From NCBI GenBank assembly GCA_023700245.1, contig JAJPRE010000001.1:2022-66021 (forward strand): a stretch of 64,000 nucleotides of DNA, read 5' to 3'. The notes beneath the pieces were generated by a model that was given only the letters and a program-made list of their open reading frames with translations, searched no databases and had not been told where the DNA came from. Position numbers and translations under genes: made by a program. This DNA is from Candidatus Thalassarchaeaceae archaeon (GTDB lineage Archaea; Thermoplasmatota; Poseidoniia; Poseidoniales; Thalassarchaeaceae). Positions 18,214 to 26,754 of the stretch are shown in pieces (position 1 is the stretch's first letter; every line of letters starts with the position of its first letter).

Positions 18214-19221
18214 TTATTTCCAAAGTCCTAATAGTGAAAATGCAAAACCAATCTTTTTCATGAAGCCTAGATTTAACTTTCTTGATAAAACATCACCATG
18301 TCTATTTTCTGCTTCTGACAATATTTCAGAGTAAACTGCACAAATTATGGACGGAGAAACTCTTGAATCTTCATTCAATAACGGAATTAATCTTTTTGCA
18401 TTATCCCTATGAATTTTAGTTCTAAAAATATAATGACGCATAAATGATTTCCATGAGTCTTTTTGCGGTAACTGAGGATCATCCAAATTAGTATAATCTA
18501 TTCCAAATCTTGTTAATTCTTCAGTAGGAAGATATACTCTTCCCTTATTGTAATCTTCTTGAATATCTCTCAATATATTTACCATTTGAAGGAAAATACC
18601 CATTTCTTCAGCATGTTCTCTTGCATCAGGATTAGAATACCCATAAATTTCTATCAGAACTAAACCTACTGTTGAAGCAACTTTGAAACAATAGCCCCTA
18701 ACTTCCTCAAAAGTCTTGTAATTAGTAGGAAATAAATCATCCTCCATTCCATCAATTAACATTTCCAAATATTCAATATTTATTGAAAAATTATTAATCG
18801 TATCTTTAAGTGCAATAAATATTGGATGGACAACCGATTCATTATTTCTGATTCTATTTAGATTATCCCTAAACCAAAGTAGGGCCAATACCCTTTGTAA
18901 ATGAGAAAAATCACCATTTACTGGTTCTTCTTGCTTTTCAATTGCCAATGATATTGCCCTGTCTTCAGATCTCATTTGCAGATTCATTGATGTCTCATTA
19001 GATAAATAATTAAGATTAGGTAACCAATCTCCATCTACTACATCATCCACTCTTCTGCAAAATGCATATACGGCATAAACAGATCTTCTTTTTTTGGTCG
19101 GTAGATGTCTGAAAGATCGTAAGAATGATGTTGATGATTTACGTGTTATTTCTTCACAATACTTGTAAGCCTCTTCGATGGAATCATTTGATAATTTTGG
19201 TTCACTATTAATCAGAACCAT
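18214..19221 (-). CDS. crtB: Phytoene synthase
   Basis: YAFCRRVDDVVD, YCFKVASTVG, QMVNILRDIQED, GRVYLP. Confidence 0.92.
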   Translation of the reverse strand: MVLINSEPKLSNDSIEEAYKYCEEITRKSSTSFLRSFRHLPTKKRRSVYAVYAFCRRVDDVVDGDWLPNLNYLSNETSMNLQMRSEDRAISLAIEKQEEPVNGDFSHLQRVLALLWFRDNLNRIRNNESVVHPIFIALKDTINNFSINIEYLEMLIDGMEDDLFPTNYKTFEEVRGYCFKVASTVGLVLIEIYGYSNPDAREHAEEMGIFLQMVNILRDIQEDYNKGRVYLPTEELTRFGIDYTNLDDPQLPQKDSWKSFMRHYIFRTKIHRDNAKRLIPLLNEDSRVSPSIICAVYSEILSEAENRHGDVLSRKLNLGFMKKIGFAFSLLGLWK

Positions 19222-19318
19222 ACTAAATCTTATGCCCCTCTACATATCAACGACTGTTCCAATTATGAATACATTTGAATAATAATTTAGCGTACATTCA
19301 AGACACCCATGTATATGG

Positions 19319-19648
19319 ATGGATATGGAGGACCATAACCTGTTAACAACTATCGAGCGTGATGAAGAATCTTGTATACTGAGATTCAAAGATGGTAAGT
19401 CATTTCAAGTTGATTATTTAGAAATTCGTTTTCGTTGCCGATGTGCTAAATGTAAACCAAGGCAAGAGAATGAACAAAGAATAGTGGAATTTCATGAAGA
19501 AATTTCTAGACTGCGTATAGAAAAACCCAGTGTTGAACCAGTTGGACATTATGGTATCCAATTAACATGGCCATCAGGTTGTTCAAGTGGCATACATTCC
19601 TTTTCTCATCTACGATCAATTGCAGAAGAATCTGGAAATGAAATTTAA
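19319..19648 (+). CDS. DUF971 / gamma-butyrobetaine hydroxylase N-terminal-like protein
   Basis: RFRCRCAKC, VGHYGIQLTW, SGIHSFSHLR. Confidence 0.8.
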   Translation: MDMEDHNLLTTIERDEESCILRFKDGKSFQVDYLEIRFRCRCAKCKPRQENEQRIVEFHEEISRLRIEKPSVEPVGHYGIQLTWPSGCSSGIHSFSHLRSIAEESGNEI

Positions 19649-19728
19649 TTTGCGAAGCAGTCAAATGCAAAGTACTCTACCACCAAATGTCGAAGAATAG
19701 GGTCGCCCCTTTCTCGATAGGTGATATA

Positions 19729-21159
19729 ATGTCCAAAATTACTCCGAAGGATTCAGAAGAAGATAATGATGATGAGTGGCACAATTTCTCTAATGCAGGA
19801 TATTCTTCAGCTAATATAGATGATGAAGATACTGACAATAATCCCAAAGATAATGAAAATGAAGAGTGGTTTGATGGAGATGATTTTGAATTCGAAGGGA
19901 AGACTCTAGATTGGAACTCCCCTCCGTGCCCAACTCCTCTTGGTATTGCACATATTATCAAAATTGGCGTTTGTAATCATTGTATAGAACGTGTTGGAGG
20001 TAAGAAAAACCTGTCAGGCGAAGAGACAAGATTAGAGGCATATGTCAGAGATGATACTCTAGAAAGCTCATTTGATAATGATTTATGCCCATTATGTGAA
20101 AATTTATTTGACGATGTAAACAATATTGTAAATAGAATTATCGAAAAAATATCAGATCTAGAATACTCGGCTATGCAGATTGGCATACACCTCCCTAAAG
20201 ATCTAATTAATGATGAAGATCAAATCAGGACCAGGCATGGTGCAACAGGTTCAAGGCCTCTTAAATCTGCTATGGTTGATGCAATACAAAATGAAATTAC
20301 TCAAAAATTAGACTCTGAAGTTAATTTTGTAAAAGAAAAACCTGATTTAATGGTTCTCATAGATGGACTCACTCTCAGAGTAGATGTAGATGTTCGTCCA
20401 ATATATTTCTATGGCAGGTATCGTAAATTAACTCGCGAAATACCTCAAACCAGATGGCCATGTAGGGCTTGTAAAGGCCGTGCTAGGGGCTGTGAATCAT
20501 GTAATGAATCAGGATTACAATATCTCGATTCGGTACAAGATTTGGTAGGTGAACCAATTCGCATGGCTCTTAATGCCGTAGATACATCATTTCATGGTAT
20601 GGGAAGAGAAGATATTGATGTACGAATGTTAGGAAAAGGCAGGCCTTTCATCATAGAAATAAAGAAACCCATGTCCCGAATTCCAGACCTCGAGGAACTT
20701 GTTAAAACTATTAATGAGAATGCGCTTGGTAAAGTTGAAGTCGATAGTCTGAAAAGAACTGAAAAATCTTTAATAGCAAAAATCAAGGCTTCACGTTCTG
20801 AAAAATCATATACAATCAGATTCAAAGTTTCTGGAGAAATAAATGAAGAAGAAGTTACTAAGAATATTTCTGATTTATCTGGAATTGTTCTGAATCAAGA
20901 AACGCCTCAGAGAGTATCTCACCGAAGGGCTGCGAAGATAAGGAAGAGAAAAATAACTAACTTAGAAAATATAGTGATTGAAGGAGATGAAATTCAATTT
21001 GAAGTCCGATGTGAGGCTGGAACCTATGTAAAAGAACTAGTTCACTCGGACGAAGGGCGTACCATTCCTTCAGTTTCTGGGAAACTAGAAATGGATTGTG
21101 AAATTTTGTGGTTAGATGTTAATGAGATACATGATGATGAAGAAAATCAAGGAAATTAG
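19729..21159 (+). CDS. pus10: tRNA pseudouridine(54/55) synthase Pus10
   Basis: GRYRKLTREIPQTRW, FHGMGREDIDVRMLGKGRPF, QETPQRVSHRR, AGTYVKELVH. SD AGGTGA precedes ATG 19729. Confidence 0.95.
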   Translation: MSKITPKDSEEDNDDEWHNFSNAGYSSANIDDEDTDNNPKDNENEEWFDGDDFEFEGKTLDWNSPPCPTPLGIAHIIKIGVCNHCIERVGGKKNLSGEETRLEAYVRDDTLESSFDNDLCPLCENLFDDVNNIVNRIIEKISDLEYSAMQIGIHLPKDLINDEDQIRTRHGATGSRPLKSAMVDAIQNEITQKLDSEVNFVKEKPDLMVLIDGLTLRVDVDVRPIYFYGRYRKLTREIPQTRWPCRACKGRARGCESCNESGLQYLDSVQDLVGEPIRMALNAVDTSFHGMGREDIDVRMLGKGRPFIIEIKKPMSRIPDLEELVKTINENALGKVEVDSLKRTEKSLIAKIKASRSEKSYTIRFKVSGEINEEEVTKNISDLSGIVLNQETPQRVSHRRAAKIRKRKITNLENIVIEGDEIQFEVRCEAGTYVKELVHSDEGRTIPSVSGKLEMDCEILWLDVNEIHDDEENQGN

Positions 21160-21234
21160 TATCTTATAAAATCCGAGTCCTTAATAATACGGTGTAAGTC
21201 GCCCGGTTCGACGACATTGTCGTTAGGTGATATT

Positions 21235-21531
21235 ATGGTTACTCGCACACATGGGCTTCGTCAAGGAACTCGCAGTATTCTTAGAAAGAATAAAAGAGAC
21301 AAGGGCCGAATTTTTATTAATAGGTTAATGCATCAATACAAGGCTGGAGATAAAGTAGCTATTGTTTTAGATGGAGCACAACAAGGTGGCATGCCACATC
21401 GAAGATTCCAAGGAAGAACTGGAGAAATTATGGGTTCACAAGGGCGTGCATTCATTGTAAGTGTCAAGGACGGGAACATGCAAAAAACTGTAGTTGCTAG
21501 ACCAGAGCATCTAAGGCCAATTGAGGGATAA
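21235..21531 (+). CDS. rpl21e: 50S ribosomal protein L21e
   Basis: GMPHRRFQGRTG, RPEHL; SD AGGTGA before ATG 21235; conserved archaeal gene order. Confidence 0.95.
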   Translation: MVTRTHGLRQGTRSILRKNKRDKGRIFINRLMHQYKAGDKVAIVLDGAQQGGMPHRRFQGRTGEIMGSQGRAFIVSVKDGNMQKTVVARPEHLRPIEG

Positions 21532-21533
21532 TT

Positions 21534-21896
21534 ATGTCAGAAGAAAAATTCGTTGATGTCGCAACTGTTAGAGACTTATTATTAGATGCTCAAAAGAGAC
21601 GTGGTGAACTATCTTATGAACAAACAATGGCATTACAACATGCAGAATGGTCTGCTAGTGCACAAGGGCATCCTTCCGGAAATATGAAGACTGATCCAAA
21701 GGTTTTTACTGATTTATATAATCAATTAATGGAAAATGAAAAGTTAAATCAATATCCAGAAATTTCTGCTAAAATTGCAGAATTATGTCCGATGTCAGTT
21801 CCAGATATTAGAGTAGTAATAGCTAGTAAAAGAATTGCTATGGATACATCAGAAATTGAAGAACTAATTACCATAATCAGGCAACATGTACTTTAA
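21534..21896 (+). CDS. rpo4: RNA polymerase subunit Rpo4 (F)
   Basis: ELSYEQTMALQHA and KIAELCP motifs; position after rpl21e. Confidence 0.85.
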   Translation: MSEEKFVDVATVRDLLLDAQKRRGELSYEQTMALQHAEWSASAQGHPSGNMKTDPKVFTDLYNQLMENEKLNQYPEISAKIAELCPMSVPDIRVVIASKRIAMDTSEIEELITIIRQHVL

Positions 21897-21934
21897 TTAG
21901 ATATTTTAATGCTTATTTATGACTATATTCATGA

Positions 21935-22525
21935 ATGATGTGCTCTCAGAAGGTTTTGTTAAAGATGCTACCTAGAAAACAATCTGCTCCTGTAGATGAT
22001 ATTTTTACTAAGGAAACACATGTAAAAATTCTAGATTTATTGGAGAAAAGACCATTTGGTTTTGAGATAGAAGGAATTACTTCCCCCTCGCTATATTTGG
22101 TAAAGGCGCGCCTTAATGATGAATCACTATCAAATGGAGATAAAATTGAGTTACCTTCAGATAAAATTGGCCATCTTAATGAAATTCGATATAAAGATAT
22201 TACAACTACTTCACAATCAGAATTAGTTGAAGGAATCATGGAAGAAATAAATTTTAATCCTGATAATCATCTAAGTTTCTTTAACAGGGCTAATAATATA
22301 TCACTAAAAGTCCATTCATTCCAATTATTACCTACTATTGGTAAATCAAAGGCACAACAAATGGTTCAAGCAAGAGGCATGATAGGTTGGGAAAATTTCT
22401 CAGATATTGATGGCAAATGTTCTATTGAATCCGTTCGATTACTAGCAGAAAGGTATGTTGTCGAAATGGAAGATTCTGTTCAAATCCCCCGCTTACTTGA
22501 TTTGCTGCTTCGTAATGGAATGTGA
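21935..22525 (+). CDS. DUF655 RNA-binding protein
   Basis: FFNRANNISLKVHSFQLLPTIGK helix-hairpin motif; position between rpo4 and ksgA. Start may be 21965. Confidence 0.8.
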   Translation: MMCSQKVLLKMLPRKQSAPVDDIFTKETHVKILDLLEKRPFGFEIEGITSPSLYLVKARLNDESLSNGDKIELPSDKIGHLNEIRYKDITTTSQSELVEGIMEEINFNPDNHLSFFNRANNISLKVHSFQLLPTIGKSKAQQMVQARGMIGWENFSDIDGKCSIESVRLLAERYVVEMEDSVQIPRLLDLLLRNGM

Positions 22526-22528
22526 CAT

Positions 22529-23437
22529 ATGTCCCTACTTGATGATCTTGATACTCGTTTACTCGTAGATTTATTGCGAGATAGAATGAAACCCCAAAAA
22601 GCTCTAGGGCAACATTTTTTGGTAGATGACTCTGTAATTACTAGAGCTATTGAAATTGTTTCTGAAAAATCTAATTCATTAAATTCAGATTCTCATGTTC
22701 TGGAAATTGGCCCTGGACCAGGATCACTATCTCTTGAAATACTTAAATCCGGAGCTAAATTAACTGCTATAGAAATAGATATGGAATCTGTTCTACATTT
22801 AAATCGTGTTTTTACGGATTTAGAATCCCAATTAACAATAATTGAACAGGATGCATTAATTGGTAATTGGCCCGAAGGCTTGACTCATGTAATCTCCAAC
22901 CTTCCTTATCAGATTTCAAGCCCAATTATTGAGAAAATACAAAATTATCATTTAAAAACACCACTTTCTTGTATAGTTTTACTAGTTCAAGAAGAGTTTG
23001 GGGAACGCATGGCGATGAATAATGGGTATCATACTAGAGGCCCGTTGGGAATGTCATTATGGTTAGATTTTGATGTATCTATTGATAGAAAAGTCCCTTC
23101 AAACTGCTTCAGTCCCGCACCTCAGGTTAATTCACGACTTGTAGTTTTAACTCCAGCATCTAGGGAAGAATTAGTCGATATTAACAGAAAATTATTCAGA
23201 TTAATAACAAAGCATTGTTACTCTAATAGGAGAAGAAAAATACGAACCTCACTTTCTAAATCTCCAAAGAGGTTGAATAGAATTAATGATTGGCATAAAA
23301 AAAGATGGAATTTAGCAATGGAAGAAATTCTTAATGAATCTATAGAAGGCTTACCTGATGACTGGCCCGATCTTAGGCCTGAAGACCTAGGGCCGATAGA
23401 ATGGGCACTAATAACAAGTAAAATTTCCTCAAAATAG
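22529..23437 (+). CDS. rsmA: 16S rRNA m6,2A dimethyltransferase KsgA/Dim1
   Basis: LGQHFL, VLEIGPGPG, ISNLPYQISS, FSPAPQVNS. Confidence 0.95.
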   Translation: MSLLDDLDTRLLVDLLRDRMKPQKALGQHFLVDDSVITRAIEIVSEKSNSLNSDSHVLEIGPGPGSLSLEILKSGAKLTAIEIDMESVLHLNRVFTDLESQLTIIEQDALIGNWPEGLTHVISNLPYQISSPIIEKIQNYHLKTPLSCIVLLVQEEFGERMAMNNGYHTRGPLGMSLWLDFDVSIDRKVPSNCFSPAPQVNSRLVVLTPASREELVDINRKLFRLITKHCYSNRRRKIRTSLSKSPKRLNRINDWHKKRWNLAMEEILNESIEGLPDDWPDLRPEDLGPIEWALITSKISSK

Positions 23438-23538
23438 TACTTTTTTATGCACATTTTTACCACTACTTGAAAGAGGAACCCCTTGTGCGCTGGCTACGGT
23501 GAACACTAACTAGTGCACCAAAGCAATGAGGGGATGAG

Positions 23539-24630
23539 ATGGCAAAGAAGGACACATATCTTGCATTACTTCGTCGAGGAATTGACGAAAATACTGCCCA
23601 GATACTCTCAGAAGGTGGAATTAAAGTTGGAGATCTAAAAGATTTAGATGTCGACACCTTAGTTAATAACTATGGATTAAAGAAAGAAATTGCAAAATCA
23701 GTACTTGATGCAGTCATTTCAGGCCCACGTGCATCAAGTAAGCAAAGATATCTAGCAGATATTTTGTCAGATGGAACAAAAAAGAAAGTCGATAAAATCG
23801 ATGAACAAAGATTCAAGCGTGAACAAAAAGATTTACACGGAGAATTATTAGAAAAGAAAGAACAATTAAGATTAGCGAGAGTTGAATCATTTAGGAATAA
23901 GAAATTAGTAATGAATAGACTTGGAAAAACAGTCGAACTTATTGTTAAGTTAGAGAATACACTTGATGATGAATCCAAGGTTGAACAACAATCTAAGCTA
24001 AGAGACCAATTAGAAACTAGGGGATTAGAAGCTGCTCGTGATCATGAAATGTTGGAATTATCAGGAACTCCACAAGATATTGTTGATTTTAGAAGGAAAA
24101 TAGCACCTGTACTTTGTCTTCATGCTTGTCCACATTGCGGTGATGAGATGGATCCAAGGGGCAGTAGTATTCTTGATGATATGTCCGATTTTAGATTTAT
24201 CTGCTGGGATTGTGAAGAAGAATTCTTATCTCCAATGGCTCAATTAGTTGATGATAGATTAAGTAACGGCGCTAGAATAACTTTAGATTCCAATATTAAA
24301 CCTAGATTAAAGGTAATAGCTCCACCTTCTAGGACTGGAGTTTCTAATATTGAAGAATTGATTGCTAGAGATCTGAAGAATACTGGGGCGTCAGCAAAGC
24401 AATTAGAGGCAGCAATTGAAGCAAGTAATTTATCTGGAACTTTGATTAGTATTGATGAATGGATTGATCAAACTATAACTGCAAAAGGATATATTCAGGC
24501 TCAAGAACATCGTGAAGAATTCATCATTGCAACTGGTGCAGGTGCAACTAAATTCAATAAATGGATGAAGAAAGCTGGACTTTATTTCAATAAACAAACC
24601 GGAAGATGGACACGCTGGGAAGACCGTTGA
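23539..24630 (+). CDS. Hypothetical protein: N-terminal HhH-like domain, coiled coil, CxxC/CxxC zinc ribbon
   Basis: RGIDENTAQILSEGG...YGLKKEIAKSV resembles a helix-hairpin-helix; CPHC...CWDC; basic, Trp-rich C-terminus. Confidence 0.6.
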   Translation: MAKKDTYLALLRRGIDENTAQILSEGGIKVGDLKDLDVDTLVNNYGLKKEIAKSVLDAVISGPRASSKQRYLADILSDGTKKKVDKIDEQRFKREQKDLHGELLEKKEQLRLARVESFRNKKLVMNRLGKTVELIVKLENTLDDESKVEQQSKLRDQLETRGLEAARDHEMLELSGTPQDIVDFRRKIAPVLCLHACPHCGDEMDPRGSSILDDMSDFRFICWDCEEEFLSPMAQLVDDRLSNGARITLDSNIKPRLKVIAPPSRTGVSNIEELIARDLKNTGASAKQLEAAIEASNLSGTLISIDEWIDQTITAKGYIQAQEHREEFIIATGAGATKFNKWMKKAGLYFNKQTGRWTRWEDR

Positions 24631-24639
24631 GGCGGTTAT

Positions 24640-24936
24640 ATGCCAGAAAATGAATCAATTCGTTTTTTCAGAGGAAATCTACCAATTGGTATAGGAACTA
24701 AAGAACCAGATTTAACAATAGTAGAAATAGCATATAATGCAGGAATAAATATTCCAACAAATTGCACTTCGGGAACCTGTGGAACTTGTTTAGTCCGTTT
24801 AAAAAAAGGATTTATTGATTATCCAGAAGATCTACCTCCTGGGCTTGATGACTTTTTGGTAGAAGAAGGAGGGTTTCTTCCCTGTTGTATGATGCCAAAA
24901 GGTGAATGCGAAATAGATATAATACCACCACTTTAA
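24640..24936 (+). CDS. Plant-type [2Fe-2S] ferredoxin
   Basis: CTSGTCGTC...LPCC. Confidence 0.9.
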   Translation: MPENESIRFFRGNLPIGIGTKEPDLTIVEIAYNAGINIPTNCTSGTCGTCLVRLKKGFIDYPEDLPPGLDDFLVEEGGFLPCCMMPKGECEIDIIPPL

Positions 24937-24948
24937 TGGAGATTATGT

Positions 24949-25101
24949 ATGTCAACTTGGACTGAACCATTCTTTATACAGAGCTTAATCATTTGTCTAC
25001 TCGGACTTTCCATCTCATATTGGTGGCTTTCTAATAAAATAAAGTCTAAATTAAGGGAAGTCGAAGAAAGGCAATCAAAAAGTAGAGAATCTAAAAAATG
25101 A
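24949..25101 (+). CDS. Small single-pass membrane protein, 50 aa
   Basis: Hand translation MSTWTEPFFIQSLIICLLGLSISYWWLSNKIKSKLREVEERQSKSRESKK*; GGAGA SD at 24938-24942. Confidence 0.65.
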   Translation: MSTWTEPFFIQSLIICLLGLSISYWWLSNKIKSKLREVEERQSKSRESKK

Positions 25102-25106
25102 AAAAT

Positions 25107-25400
25107 CTACTCATTAACCGCAGCAGTCCACCTTTCTTTTTGTGGTACTTCGACTATTTCTATATGGCATGCCAATATTTCTTTATGACTTCCAATTTCA
25201 TTCCTTAGATTTACTAAGCCATCTAAACAACATGGACAATGCGGGTGAGGGGGTTTAATCCACAAATCTATATTCCCAGCAGCACTGATTTCGACTCCCC
25301 TTAATATCGATTCATCTGTTATAGGTTTCCCATGATACTCAGTAGCGTTTCTTAAAATCTTTGCAAGACGTTTCTGTGCAGTAATTTTTGCTTTAGTAAT
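25107..25400 (-). CDS. DUF59/SufT-like Fe-S assembly protein, probable ATT start
   Basis: Open frame of 97 codons: (I/M)TKAKITAQKRLAKILRNATEYHGKPITDESILRGVEISAAGNIDLWIKPPHPHCPCCLDGLVNLRNEIGSHKEILACHIEIVEVPQKERWTAAVNE*. No ATG/GTG/TTG near the 5' end; GGTGA lies 4 nt before ATT. Confidence 0.7.
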   Translation of the reverse strand: MTKAKITAQKRLAKILRNATEYHGKPITDESILRGVEISAAGNIDLWIKPPHPHCPCCLDGLVNLRNEIGSHKEILACHIEIVEVPQKERWTAAVNE

Positions 25401-25404
25401 AGTC

Positions 25405-26658
25405 TCACCACTCAGTTATCTTTGGGAATTTATTTCCCATTGTTAGGCATTCCATCCCATCATTTGTTCTAGTCCAAGTATCTTCAATTCCAATCGCCCC
25501 ATCCTTATGAATCACTTTTGGCTCAATGGCCATAGTACCCCTAATATTGAGTTCACAATCAAAACCTCTTGCAACAACAGGCGTTTCATCTAACTCTAAA
25601 CCAACCGAGTGTCCTAAAAATTGTGCCTGATTTGGCTTCATTCCCATCAAATTTTCCAAATGACCCATTTCATCAGCCATATCTTTTCCACTCTCCCAAG
25701 CACTGGAACACATTTCTCCCTTTCCTAACTTGTCCACAACTAATTCACTAATTTCTGACATATCTTCTAACCTTTGAATCCAATGTTCAGCAAGCCTCCC
25801 CTTACTAAACATCCTAGTGCAATCAGAAACATATCCTCTATGGAGGTGAACAATATCTACTAATACCGGCTCATTTGCTTTAATTTTAGCAAATCCCGCC
25901 CCTAAGGAAGAAATTGGACTTGCACCCAATCCTCCAATTGCCGAATCAAAATATGATGGAACAGCCGCTGATCTTCCAGCCGCAATTACTACTCTATCAC
26001 AATCCATTGGCCATTTTCTCATTCTTATCCTACCTCCAAAGCCATTGGCCCTACTAACTTCATCAGCAATAGCCGCTAATTCTATCTCTGTATTTCCCAC
26101 TCCACAATTATCTCTTATTGAATCAAACATTAGTTGATTAATATCGCCACTAGCCTTATGCATCGATATTTCCCATTCTGACTTAGTTTCTCTCAATTTA
26201 TACATCAAATTTGAACAATTTTCACTTTCTCCTAATAAATTACCAAATTTAGAATTAAGAAATTCCCACCTGTCATAAGGAATCTTAGATGATAATAACG
26301 CAGGTTTTTTTGTACAGCCTAATGACCTCAGAGAATCTTCTAGAATATTCATTCTGGGATGGGCTTCAATTGTATGCGGTGCATCATCTCCTCCAGCTTC
26401 AAAAATTGCACGATCTAAAGATTTCCTTACCCAATGACTAGTTTTCACATCCGACCCCTGAGCTCCAATTATTATTGCGGAATTTTGCCTTCCTCCAGTT
26501 AACCAATACAATTCAACTGGATCATCTATCCATGCAGATTCTATATTATTTCTAAGGAGGCTATCTGCAACTAATCTTTGTCTATTTTGTAATTCAGATA
26601 CTGGAACTCTCCAATCTTCATTTTCCGGGCCCGTCAAACATGCGACATCCCAATTCAT
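25405..26658 (-). CDS. M24-family Xaa-Pro peptidase
   Basis: LVD...GYVSDCTR, LGHSVGLELDETP, AIEPK, GIEDT. Confidence 0.9.
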   Translation of the reverse strand: MNWDVACLTGPENEDWRVPVSELQNRQRLVADSLLRNNIESAWIDDPVELYWLTGGRQNSAIIIGAQGSDVKTSHWVRKSLDRAIFEAGGDDAPHTIEAHPRMNILEDSLRSLGCTKKPALLSSKIPYDRWEFLNSKFGNLLGESENCSNLMYKLRETKSEWEISMHKASGDINQLMFDSIRDNCGVGNTEIELAAIADEVSRANGFGGRIRMRKWPMDCDRVVIAAGRSAAVPSYFDSAIGGLGASPISSLGAGFAKIKANEPVLVDIVHLHRGYVSDCTRMFSKGRLAEHWIQRLEDMSEISELVVDKLGKGEMCSSAWESGKDMADEMGHLENLMGMKPNQAQFLGHSVGLELDETPVVARGFDCELNIRGTMAIEPKVIHKDGAIGIEDTWTRTNDGMECLTMGNKFPKITEW

Positions 26659-26754
26659 ATACCATCCTAATTTACATCAACAAAAAGTATTTTTGTTTTT
26701 TATCGCAGATATCCTTCCACAACGGCCAAATGCGAAGCGCCAGTCGCTCCGGAT

